In this document: one piece after another, positions 50,952 through 59,500 of the stretch
How positions within the stretch are numbered: position 1 is the first letter of the stretch
Layout of the letters: each line of letters begins with the position of its first letter
Source: Bacilli bacterium
GTDB lineage: Bacteria; Bacillota_I; Bacilli_A; RFN20; UBA1709
NCBI GenBank assembly: GCA_050949315.1
Contig: JBMNFL010000001.1
Coordinates: 384,001 to 448,000, forward strand
Direction of reading: 5' to 3'
DNA: 64,000 nucleotides
Made by a program: the position numbers and the translations under genes
The notes under the pieces: generated by a model
What the model was told of the DNA's origin: nothing
What the model saw: the letters and a program-made list of their open reading frames with translations, nothing else
The model's database searches: none

Positions 50952-51386
50952 CTATATTGCATTTTTCACACTAATGGTGATGTGGGTTACTGCAAACAAA
51001 ACCGAAAAAATCATGAGTGGAAAATTTAAAGTCATAATCCCACTAAAGATAAATATCAATGATGGGCATATTGAAAGAAACAAAGCTCTTACTAGATTAT
51101 TCTTCCCCCACATCACTACCCAAGTAGTTAAGTAAATTATCAATAAAATACCATTTACAATTAAATACACAACTAAGGCATTAGAAAACCAAAATCCCAA
51201 AAACAATTTGGGAATATTAAACACTAAGAAAATAAAAGAACCATACCTACCTATTTGTTCACTATATTCTAAAATCTTGTTACCAAATTTATTTTTAAAA
51301 CCATCTTTAACCTTTATTGAGTAGATGATATTAGGAATCATGAGAATTATCAAAATTACTAAACCATAATAATTAAACCAATCCAT
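50952..51386 (-). CDS. Hypothetical membrane protein
   Basis: Five hydrophobic segments; GGAGG SD. Confidence 0.7.
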   Translation of the reverse strand: MDWFNYYGLVILIILMIPNIIYSIKVKDGFKNKFGNKILEYSEQIGRYGSFIFLVFNIPKLFLGFWFSNALVVYLIVNGILLIIYLTTWVVMWGKNNLVRALFLSICPSLIFIFSGIMTLNFPLMIFSVLFAVTHITISVKNAI

Positions 51387-51618
51387 AAGTTTTGCCTCCA
51401 AAACATCTACCTAATTTACTTTTATACGATTATGATAACACAATACCCTTTTAAAATATAATAAAAACTCCCTTCCTGGAATAAATTGGCGGTTAGTGTG
51501 ATAACGTCTTGGCGGCTCTTGTTACACCATTCTTGAACACATATTCACACATTTTGTGGTGAAGGCACATTTCTTCGGTTATACTATTCATGAGAAAGTT
51601 CCTTTAGGAGGTGAAAAT

Positions 51619-51951
51619 ATGTCATTAAAAATACCTAGTTTAGGAAAAATACTACACGGAAATTACGACTATATAATCGGAATATCAAGAAATAAGACTG
51701 TCATACTTACAATTAAAGTAATGACTCCTTACAAAAACGCTCCTGGTACTCATGTTCGTTTTTATAATTTTGAATTTGTTGAAGATAATAGATTTACGGA
51801 GAAAGGAATTTATAAATTAGTAAATCAAGCAATGAGAAATTCTTATAAAGATAGACACGCAGTAAAATTTAGTTTATTTGAAGAGAGAATATATGTTTAT
51901 TTATTGGATGGTTCTGACAGCATGGAGTTTACTGGAAGATTTTATAAATAA
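51619..51951 (+). CDS. Hypothetical protein (110 aa)
   Basis: Strong SD AGGAGGTG before the ATG; no family recognised. Confidence 0.6.
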   Translation: MSLKIPSLGKILHGNYDYIIGISRNKTVILTIKVMTPYKNAPGTHVRFYNFEFVEDNRFTEKGIYKLVNQAMRNSYKDRHAVKFSLFEERIYVYLLDGSDSMEFTGRFYK

Positions 51952-52330
51952 TAACTGTTAAACAATTTATCGAATTATTTGAAAAATTATTTTCGATAGC
52001 ACTTTTTATTAAGAAATAATGAAAGCTATAGTATAATAACGAAGAGCATTAACAAAATAGAGAGGATAACAATGGCTAAAAATGAAAGAGCAAAATTAGA
52101 ATTACAAATCAAAAATATAAGCTAATATAGGCCAATTGGGACCATAGTTTTTTAACAAATCCCTGTATTTTCATTTTTAGTGTTGCTATCTTCAAAACCA
52201 CATAAAATATGTCCGTTATCTGAATATATGTTTTTATTATGTAATATAAAAACATATAAAAGTTTGTTTTATTTTCACTCTGTGGTTTTATTTACGACTA
52301 TTGCACAATATTGATTTTTTCTATATGAAA

Positions 52331-52966
52331 TTACCAATATCTTCTGTATTTATGTTTAATATCACTAAAATGAACTTGCCTAGCAATGGGATGCTTAGTT
52401 TTTTCATAAGCCTTATTAATAAATATATCCGGATTAGACATAAATTCAGAATATCTACACAAAACAGCAAACTGACCATCTTCATCATAATGATCACAAT
52501 TACCATTCTTGGATAACCAGTAATTCTCATGAAATTCTCTGATAACAGTACTATCACTAATATCCATAATTTCGATTATTTTTCCACAACGTTCACACCG
52601 CTGCTTCCCATTAAAATTTTTTTGTTCCATAGATGGCAATACAATTCCCAAAAGTCCATCCCTAGGATTTCCTTTTCGATTATAAAGAGTAGCTTGAAGT
52701 TCTCTAATAATAAAATTTTGTTTATTAAACCCTCTTTCATCAAATCCCTCGTTTTCTGAAGAATGTTCGCCAATCAAAAATAAAGTAACTGTTGAATTGT
52801 TCATATAATCCCTTCGTATCACTTGCATAACATAATCTATATCTTTTGAATCTATCCACTTATCCAACGATTTACCTTGAATACGTTCTCTACCCAATTT
52901 TTCGAGAATTTTATCTTTATAATAAGTATCCTCTTTTTTAAAACTTATAAAGCAACAATGTGACAT
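52331..52966 (-). CDS. thsB: Thoeris ThsB-like TIR domain protein
   Basis: CFISFK, STVTLFLIG, catalytic-type FIIRELQA; AGGAGG SD; directly after the thsA-like gene. Confidence 0.82.
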   Translation of the reverse strand: MSHCCFISFKKEDTYYKDKILEKLGRERIQGKSLDKWIDSKDIDYVMQVIRRDYMNNSTVTLFLIGEHSSENEGFDERGFNKQNFIIRELQATLYNRKGNPRDGLLGIVLPSMEQKNFNGKQRCERCGKIIEIMDISDSTVIREFHENYWLSKNGNCDHYDEDGQFAVLCRYSEFMSNPDIFINKAYEKTKHPIARQVHFSDIKHKYRRYW

Positions 52967-52979
52967 ATAAAAAATCCTC

Positions 52980-53861
52980 CTATTTAAAAATTGATACCTT
53001 ATCTTTATCTTCTGTAAAAACAACTATATTAATTGTGCCATGTAAATGCTGTTCGTCTGTTAAAATTGATGATTTAATTATTTTAAAAGCTTGTTGATGA
53101 TTTAAATCCGCCCTTGATCTTCCAGTTCCAAACAAAGGTATATATATTGGATATTCCTGCCCGTTTTTATCATAAAATTCCAACAAGTCATCAACACAAT
53201 TTCTAATATTCTTACGGGATGTTGTTGCCCTATTGTTCTTGTCAAAACACGATATAGCAATTAAATAAAACGTTGTATCATTCTTTCCACTTATCGTAAT
53301 GATACTTCCCAATGGATAAGATTTTGTATTGCCTCTAGGTTTGTCTTTCTTAGAATATTCCCTTATTGGATTAATGTTCCTGTTTTTAAGATCAGTTTCT
53401 ATTAATTTATTTAATGCTATGTAATCATAACCGAGTTCATTCATATATTTTAACCATTGACCATGTATGGTTTTTAAAGAAACCAACGGATTATTTTGAG
53501 TCAAGTTTTCATCTATTATAGTTTCAAATGTATCATTAACGGGTATTACAATTATTTTTTTATCCTTGGTTTTATTAATCTCAAATATGTCTCCATAAAA
53601 TGCTAAAACCTTATTTTTACCATTAGCCCATAAACATTTTCTTTCTAAGATACTAACTATAAGAATTGTAGATAATAAAAAACTAAATATAATAATTGAT
53701 ACGAAAATTAATATTTTTTCCAACACATTAAAAATTTTTAAATCAATCCAAGTGATAAAAACCAGTAAGATACTAATTGCTGAAAACAAAAAAGCATCTA
53801 TTTTTAGAGTTAAGTTTACTATTGGTTTAAAATTTAATTTTATTTTTTCATGGAACTTCAT
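52980..53861 (-). CDS. thsA: Thoeris ThsA-like effector (2 TM plus macrodomain)
   Basis: Two N-terminal TMs; YGDIF, VIPVNDTF, YPLGSI, IPLFGTGRSR macrodomain motifs. Confidence 0.82.
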   Translation of the reverse strand: MKFHEKIKLNFKPIVNLTLKIDAFLFSAISILLVFITWIDLKIFNVLEKILIFVSIIIFSFLLSTILIVSILERKCLWANGKNKVLAFYGDIFEINKTKDKKIIVIPVNDTFETIIDENLTQNNPLVSLKTIHGQWLKYMNELGYDYIALNKLIETDLKNRNINPIREYSKKDKPRGNTKSYPLGSIITISGKNDTTFYLIAISCFDKNNRATTSRKNIRNCVDDLLEFYDKNGQEYPIYIPLFGTGRSRADLNHQQAFKIIKSSILTDEQHLHGTINIVVFTEDKDKVSIFK

Positions 53862-53984
53862 AAATGGTCTCCTCGCTATTTAAAAACGATTTAATATTAA
53901 GAAATTAAATATGAGTAACAAACATTCTTTTATAACTTCTTTTTATTCTCTCAACGATTGTTATTAAAATATAACTCTCATATT

Positions 53985-54725
53985 TTATTCTTTTTCTCGC
54001 TCAAAATGTATTCTCCAAAGTTTTTCAACATCACTATAACTTGCATGTTGATTTTTCGGAGTGTTGGTATCTCCGATACGTGTGTATATTCGATTTGCAT
54101 CAATACTCCTGTATTTTTCAGTCAAATAAAAAGGAACATTTTTGGAACTTTTGCATATTATAACAAGTTTTTTATACGTATAAAACAAGTTTTTTATTTC
54201 TATTTCGGGTAAATTACCACCGACAAACTTTAGTTTTTTTAGAAAATCAAATACGTTATTTGATGTGCATTTTTCATCAACACCCACTACAGAATAATTG
54301 TCTGTTACTCCTAATATTAAATATGCATCTTTATTTTTGAGATTGTTTGATAAACATAATATATCATGCAATAAAGTTTCATTATCGCTATACATACATT
54401 GCTTAAAATCATAGTCAAAATCTTCTTTGTTTGAACGTATTAACTTTATAATTTTCGCATTTAATGGATCTGGCTCAAACTCCTTGCATTTCAATCCATC
54501 AACTATTTTTTTCAAGATTTTTGTTTCACCATTAGCCAGCTTCCCATTTATAACTGTATTATGAACACGATTAGAGTCGTAAATGGTTATAATTGCTCCA
54601 CTATTACTGAATTTTATTTGCCAATTTGTCCCATTGTTCGTTCTTTCTAAGCAATCACTTATTTCGTAACCAATATTTTTAAGTCCAACTTTAATGTATT
54701 CTATATCAACACTAACTTTGCTCAT
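53985..54725 (-). CDS. Schlafen/AlbA_2 domain protein with a ~90-aa N-terminal extra domain
   Basis: EDFDYDFK, LLHDILCLSN, AYLILGVTD, PFYL, IYTRIGDTNTP. Confidence 0.8.
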   Translation of the reverse strand: MSKVSVDIEYIKVGLKNIGYEISDCLERTNNGTNWQIKFSNSGAIITIYDSNRVHNTVINGKLANGETKILKKIVDGLKCKEFEPDPLNAKIIKLIRSNKEDFDYDFKQCMYSDNETLLHDILCLSNNLKNKDAYLILGVTDNYSVVGVDEKCTSNNVFDFLKKLKFVGGNLPEIEIKNLFYTYKKLVIICKSSKNVPFYLTEKYRSIDANRIYTRIGDTNTPKNQHASYSDVEKLWRIHFEREKE

Positions 54726-54910
54726 TTGATATCTCCATAACAAAGATTCTTCTATCTGTCTCTTCAGCACTAAATATTTAATAGATATATTGCATAAACG
54801 TTGTTTGATCTCAAATTGAACACCACGATATTTTCTTTTTCCATTTGTACTTCTATTCTAAATTCTTTCAATAAAAATAGCAAAGGTGAAACACAAACTA
54901 CATGAATGAC

Positions 54911-55366
54911 TTATTGGTTTTTCTCTGAATTATTTGAATTGTCATCAATAATAGAAGGTATTTTTTTGTTTAAAATAGTTGTGATAATAAAAACAACAAG
55001 AAACGCAAAAAAAGTGGCGGAACCAAAAATAGGAACACCAAGCAATCTATCAAATCCAAATATATTATATAGTGCAGATATAAAAAGATATGTGAAAAAT
55101 TCCGCGTTAAAGTTTTCTATTATTATTTTCCAAAATTTTATATTTTTTGCAAAACATTTTTTTTCTAAGATAGCAAAAACTATCGGAAAGAACAAATAAA
55201 CGAGAAATCTATACAAAATGAGTAATAAAAAGGCATCTAGTTCGAAATCGGGTCCAAAATAGACATGACTATCAAATTTCGCTGACCATTTCAAAAAGTA
55301 GGCAATAACCAAAACACAAACAAACGCAAGCAGAAAAAAAATACATTTTAAAATAAATTTTCTCAT
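54911..55366 (-). CDS. Hypothetical four-TM membrane protein
   Basis: Hydrophobic ORF coupled to the upstream gene (TAATG overlap). Confidence 0.6.
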   Translation of the reverse strand: MRKFILKCIFFLLAFVCVLVIAYFLKWSAKFDSHVYFGPDFELDAFLLLILYRFLVYLFFPIVFAILEKKCFAKNIKFWKIIIENFNAEFFTYLFISALYNIFGFDRLLGVPIFGSATFFAFLVVFIITTILNKKIPSIIDDNSNNSEKNQ

Positions 55367-55698
55367 TATAATGCCTCAAGCAGTGCTTTTATGTTTTCTA
55401 AAAAAGTCCTATGAATATTGCTGACTTTTAAAAATTCTTTTCTTAATTTTTCTTTCATTTCTGCAGATAATCTATCTCTACTATCGCAAATATCCTCAAT
55501 AAAAAATAAACATTTGCTTTTTTTATCTTTGAAAAAAGATTTAAAAAAATCTTTTGAATCTTTGAAAAACGAATCTTTATCAAATTCCTTTAATATTGTT
55601 TTTAAACTTTGATAAATTTTATTTAGTTCTTTTGTGGAACATGAATTAATATCATCTATAATGTTTTTCTTCGTGGCTTCAAAACTCGCATCTTTCAT
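55366..55698 (-). CDS. Hypothetical protein (110 aa)
   Basis: AAGGAGA SD; overlaps the next start codon. Confidence 0.55.
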   Translation of the reverse strand: MKDASFEATKKNIIDDINSCSTKELNKIYQSLKTILKEFDKDSFFKDSKDFFKSFFKDKKSKCLFFIEDICDSRDRLSAEMKEKLRKEFLKVSNIHRTFLENIKALLEAL

Positions 55699-55926
55699 AA
55701 TTTACCATCTCCTTTCTTTATTGTACATATCTACAAATATTCAGAAATTCGTTCGTTTGTTTCAGAAATAAACTGAGACTATAACAGACAGTAGCTAATT
55801 TCCATTTATTGTTTGAACAGGCTTTTTAGTAACACGCTTCCCAAAACATGTATTTGTCCAATTTTTAATCCAAATTAAGGGAGCAGTTTTGTAAATTTTG
55901 TGTTGGGTGACCTATTTTGATACACC

Positions 55927-55999
55927 AACGCACCCCTACTAAAATTTGCGCACCCCAGTGTTTTTTTGCGCACCCTTATGGAATTTTACACACCCTTAA
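55927..55999. repeat. Four direct repeats with an exact 20-bp period, core (T)GCGCACCC
   Basis: CACCC at 55931, 55951, 55971 and 55991. Confidence 0.85.
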
Positions 56000-56067
56000 A
56001 ATTGACGGCTTTATTATGCGGTTTTTAGCAGAAAAACTAAATTCTTTATCGTGGATTATTGACTATA

Positions 56068-56961
56068 TTAGTTATTAATTCTTTTGCGCAATATTTCGTG
56101 ATAAATAAAACTAGGAATCAGACTCAAAATAACTACCGAAAGTAAGTAAGCATTCCAGTCTTTAAAAGTAATCAAAACTACTAAAAGGCCAATACTAGAA
56201 AAGATTAAACCACTTATACTTTGAAAATTGTTAATCTTTTTCCATGCTTTATTATTCGATAATGTAAAATTCGTTCTTAATCCAAAAAGAACATTTCTTT
56301 TTTTATTAAATATTGGTGATGAGAATATACTCAGTACTATGAAAAGTGACAGCATCATTCCAGTGATGGCTGGAATCATTAAAGACAACTCATCTACATT
56401 TGAAAAAGCCATCCAAATATACCATATAGTTGCTGCAAACTGTGAAACTAATAAGATAGTTTGTGTTGGTATTAGACCAGATGAAAACTCTCTTTTCTTT
56501 TTGGCATAATAAAAATGAATAAAAGAACTGTTCACAAAAAAGAATAGATAAAAGAACATAAAGAATAGAGTTTCCCACTTGGAACCATATCTAGTAATAT
56601 TACCATTGATATCCCAATGCATGGGAATACTTTGAGGCATCATTCTTATTAGAACTACTGTTAATAAAGTCCCAAATATGAGGAATGCTCCATTTGCTAT
56701 AAAAAGTTTATTCTCTAGTTTAAGTTGTCTTTCTTCTTTTGTTGTAACTATATCTTTATCATCGTCGACTAATTCAGAAATACTCACATCGAATATTAAA
56801 CATATTTCCTTGATTGTTTCGAGATTTGGTTCTGACTGACCTTGTTCCCATTTAGAAATACTTTGTCTTGTAATATGTAATTTAGTGGCAAGATCATCTT
56901 GAGTCATGTTTTTACTTATTCTAAGCTGTTTTAGTTTTTCTTTAAATTCCATTTTATTCAA
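56068..56961 (-). CDS. XRE-HTH fused to a DUF1648/SdpI-like membrane domain
   Basis: MTQDDLATKLHITRQSISKWEQG; IPMHWDING..RYGSK; FGLRTNFTLSN..AWKKIN. Confidence 0.85.
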   Translation of the reverse strand: MNKMEFKEKLKQLRISKNMTQDDLATKLHITRQSISKWEQGQSEPNLETIKEICLIFDVSISELVDDDKDIVTTKEERQLKLENKLFIANGAFLIFGTLLTVVLIRMMPQSIPMHWDINGNITRYGSKWETLFFMFFYLFFFVNSSFIHFYYAKKKREFSSGLIPTQTILLVSQFAATIWYIWMAFSNVDELSLMIPAITGMMLSLFIVLSIFSSPIFNKKRNVLFGLRTNFTLSNNKAWKKINNFQSISGLIFSSIGLLVVLITFKDWNAYLLSVVILSLIPSFIYHEILRKRINN

Positions 56962-57015
56962 CTCCTTACTTCTATATTTTACAATCTAATGAGGTTTATC
57001 TCACGAACTTTTTTG

Positions 57016-57030
57016 GCAACTTTAAGTTGC
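57016..57030. promoter_or_regulatory. Palindromic operator upstream of the XRE-SdpI gene
   Basis: Perfect GCAACTT-T-AAGTTGC. Confidence 0.55.
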
Positions 57031-57088
57031 ATAAGATAAATTACTCTTAAAATACGATATTTCTTTAAAAATTATCAAATTTACTTGG

Positions 57089-57781
57089 CTATTTCACTTT
57101 ATGATATACATATGTATAATCTTCTACGTTATAATCTTTAATCTTTTTATATTTATCGGATGATGTAACAATATTATCTTCACCAATTGAATCAACTAAT
57201 ATCTTTTGTAAGTATTGATATTCTGCATATTCTTTTAGTGATGCCATCACTAAGGCGTTTCTAAAGTATTTGGCATTTCCCTTAATTAGTTCTGCATTGA
57301 ATGTATGGCCATATTGTCTTAAAAGTAAAAAAGCAAAGGCAGATATTGCTCTAGTGTTACCTTCTCTAAAAGGATGGACTCTCCAAATATCAGCCATGAG
57401 TCTGGTAAATAAATGAATAAAGTCTTCTTTATTTAAATTTTTTAAGTTGTTGTTTTTAAAATATGTTTGATTAATCTTAATTAAATCTTTATCAATCAAA
57501 TTGTATAAACTATATTCTACACTAAGGCCATTTAAAATGGGCTCGCTTTTATAGATATTAATTGATCTAGGTTTCCCGGCCCAATTATAAACATTTTCGA
57601 ACAATATTTCATGAATTTTAAAGATATCATTTGCATAACTAATTTTGAAGTTACTTTTGAACAACATAACAAGTGCTAAATTTGACATTCTATTCTCAAA
57701 TTCATCCAACTTGTTTTTTTCTTTAATATCAGCTTTATTAACTAATACATCACTATCTTTATAGACATATGGATCTTTCAT
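57089..57781 (-). CDS. Fic domain protein (FicT-like)
   Basis: DPYVY..VLVNK, IHEILFENVYNWAG, HPFREGNTRA. Confidence 0.9.
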   Translation of the reverse strand: MKDPYVYKDSDVLVNKADIKEKNKLDEFENRMSNLALVMLFKSNFKISYANDIFKIHEILFENVYNWAGKPRSINIYKSEPILNGLSVEYSLYNLIDKDLIKINQTYFKNNNLKNLNKEDFIHLFTRLMADIWRVHPFREGNTRAISAFAFLLLRQYGHTFNAELIKGNAKYFRNALVMASLKEYAEYQYLQKILVDSIGEDNIVTSSDKYKKIKDYNVEDYTYVYHKVK

Positions 57782-58099
57782 TTATATGTTCCTCCCAAGA
57801 GCGAACACCGCAGTTTCGTAATCAATAATACCTTGAGCATAAAGATTAATAATCTTATTAGCATATTTAGAAACTTCCTTCCCACCCGTTAAATTGATTG
57901 CTTTAGCTAAACTTTCTATTTCTATTATTTTTTCTTCACTTTCTAAAACAACATCAAAAGGGATACCTCTTTTTGCTTCAATTTGTTTTAAATACATGTT
58001 AATTGCAAAAGACAAAGACAGACCTAATTCTTCTAAAATTATTTCAACATTATTTTTAAGTTGATCGTTAACTCTTACATGAACAACACTATTTTTCAT
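57782..58099 (-). CDS. RelB/DinJ-family antitoxin with a VbhA-like C-terminal extension
   Basis: VHVRVNDQLK..ILEELGLSLSFAINMYLKQI..RGIPF, then a helical tail ending LYAQGIIDYETA. Confidence 0.8.
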   Translation of the reverse strand: MKNSVVHVRVNDQLKNNVEIILEELGLSLSFAINMYLKQIEAKRGIPFDVVLESEEKIIEIESLAKAINLTGGKEVSKYANKIINLYAQGIIDYETAVFALGRNI

Positions 58100-58118
58100 A
58101 TCATTTCACCTCAAATAT

Positions 58119-58147
58119 ATTGTATCACATTTGAAACACGTTATCAA
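58119..58147 (-). promoter_or_regulatory. Promoter of relB-fic with an operator in the spacer
   Basis: TTGATA-17 bp-TACAAT; imperfect inverted repeat TGTATCA-N4-TGAAACA overlapping the spacer and -10. Confidence 0.65.
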
Positions 58148-58314
58148 GTTATTAAAAGATAATTATCGTGTGTGTCGAATTAATTGACAGCAAATAAGAA
58201 TCAACTAATGCTTTTAAGGAATGCCTACTATATATTTTCATTTCGCACTTTTAAACGAAATTATGGTCTACCTTTTAGTCTACTTGTTTATAAAATAAAG
58301 TATCCATCATGTAG

Positions 58315-58386
58315 TAATCGTTAAATCGTAGGGTAATCGTTAAATTGTTCCCTAAACGTTAAATCGTTGTGTAATCGTTAAATCGT
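58315..58386. repeat. Four direct repeats with an exact 19-bp period, core TAATCGTTAAATCGT
   Basis: Copies start at 58315, 58334, 58353 and 58372, each with 0-1 mismatch. Confidence 0.9.
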
Positions 58387-58538
58387 ACGAACAATTTGAT
58401 TAATTTATCTTTGAATTAGCAAAAATTGATTGAGAATTAACTTTTTCATTGATTTTTTTGTTGTTTTTTAACTGTTTTCAACTAAAAAAGATAAAAAAGT
58501 CCAACACTTAATGACGTATCAGACTAATGCTTTATATA

Positions 58539-58907
58539 TGGTGGAGATGACGGGAGTCGAACCCGTGTCCAAGAACAATCTTACCGAGGTCACTACAGCT
58601 TAGTCAATCTTAATATTTCGCCGTAACTAGTAAGACCGACAAAAACTAGAAACGACTAGCCTATATGATTTTCTACTAACTCTTATAGGTATTAAGCTAG
58701 CCTAGTCCCTCTTTATTACACAAGCAAGCTGACGGTGGACCAATCATCTGTTGCGTCGCCCCTCCCCAGCGGGGGTCAAAATTCATGAGCTAATTAAGCA
58801 GCGGCGAATTGATAATTTTGATTGCCATTTATTTGGCGTTTGGTTATAACGTAACCACTCGGCTGCGCCCTGGGCTTAACGATCCCTGTCGAAACCGGAA
58901 CATCCCC
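58539..58907 (-). ncRNA. ssrA: tmRNA; tag peptide (A)GNQNYQFAAA*
   Basis: 5' GGGGATG..TTCGAC; 3' TTCGACTCCCGTCATCTCCACCA; tag ORF follows ATAAAT. Confidence 0.96.
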
Positions 58908-58917
58908 AAGTGAGTAT

Positions 58918-58946
58918 ATGATACTCAAGTTTCTTTTTCTCGTCAA
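58918..58946 (-). promoter_or_regulatory. ssrA promoter
   Basis: TTGACG-17 bp-TATCAT. Confidence 0.7.
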
Positions 58947-59465
58947 CTAACGTACTTCAATGTGGAGATTTTCTAAGACGGCAAAGCTTTTTTCTTGTAT
59001 ATCTAAATCATTACTGCCGGTACAATCTTTAAGCACGACAATCTCAGCATTTGGTAAAATAGTTTTAGCAATGACAGCATTAGTAAAAACACAGATATTA
59101 GAAACAAGACCAACTAATTCCACATAATCATACTTATGACTTTCAAGGTAGCGTGCTAATTCTTTTGAACCAAAAGTCTCCTTCTTAAAGGCTGGATACT
59201 TATCCGCATACTTTTTAAGTCTGCCATAAACTTCATGACCCTTACTGCCCTCTAAGCAATGGGGTATGGGAAGTTTTTTACCTTCCATAGTTTCTAAATA
59301 ATCTTTTTGATGCGTATCTAAGGTAAATACAATATCATCCTTATTCTTCTCAAAAGTTAAAACCCGCTCCAAAATCTTCTCTTCTAAAGCCTCCGCACCT
59401 TCAAAGCCTAAGGCTCCATCTACAAAATCATTTTGATAGTCAACAACAATTAATAGTTTTTTCAT
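58947..59465 (-). CDS. Isochorismatase-family cysteine hydrolase (nicotinamidase-like)
   Basis: VVDYQNDFVDGALG, TLDTH, PHC, GLVSNICV. Confidence 0.88.
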   Translation of the reverse strand: MKKLLIVVDYQNDFVDGALGFEGAEALEEKILERVLTFEKNKDDIVFTLDTHQKDYLETMEGKKLPIPHCLEGSKGHEVYGRLKKYADKYPAFKKETFGSKELARYLESHKYDYVELVGLVSNICVFTNAVIAKTILPNAEIVVLKDCTGSNDLDIQEKSFAVLENLHIEVR

Positions 59466-59500
59466 TTTATCTCTCCTCTTTCTTATTATAAACCAAAATT

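Noticed and set aside
52072-52125. 17-codon ORF MAKNERAKLELQIKNIS with an SD and upstream TATAAT
   Set aside because: Probably the stub of a deleted gene; too short to assign
55927-58386. The two tandem arrays as CRISPR arrays
   Set aside because: Periods of 19-20 bp leave only 4-12 bp spacers; no cas genes in the window
49800-58538. Intact prophage or ICE integrated at ssrA
   Set aside because: No integrase, replication, structural or conjugation genes, and no duplicated ssrA 3' end was seen
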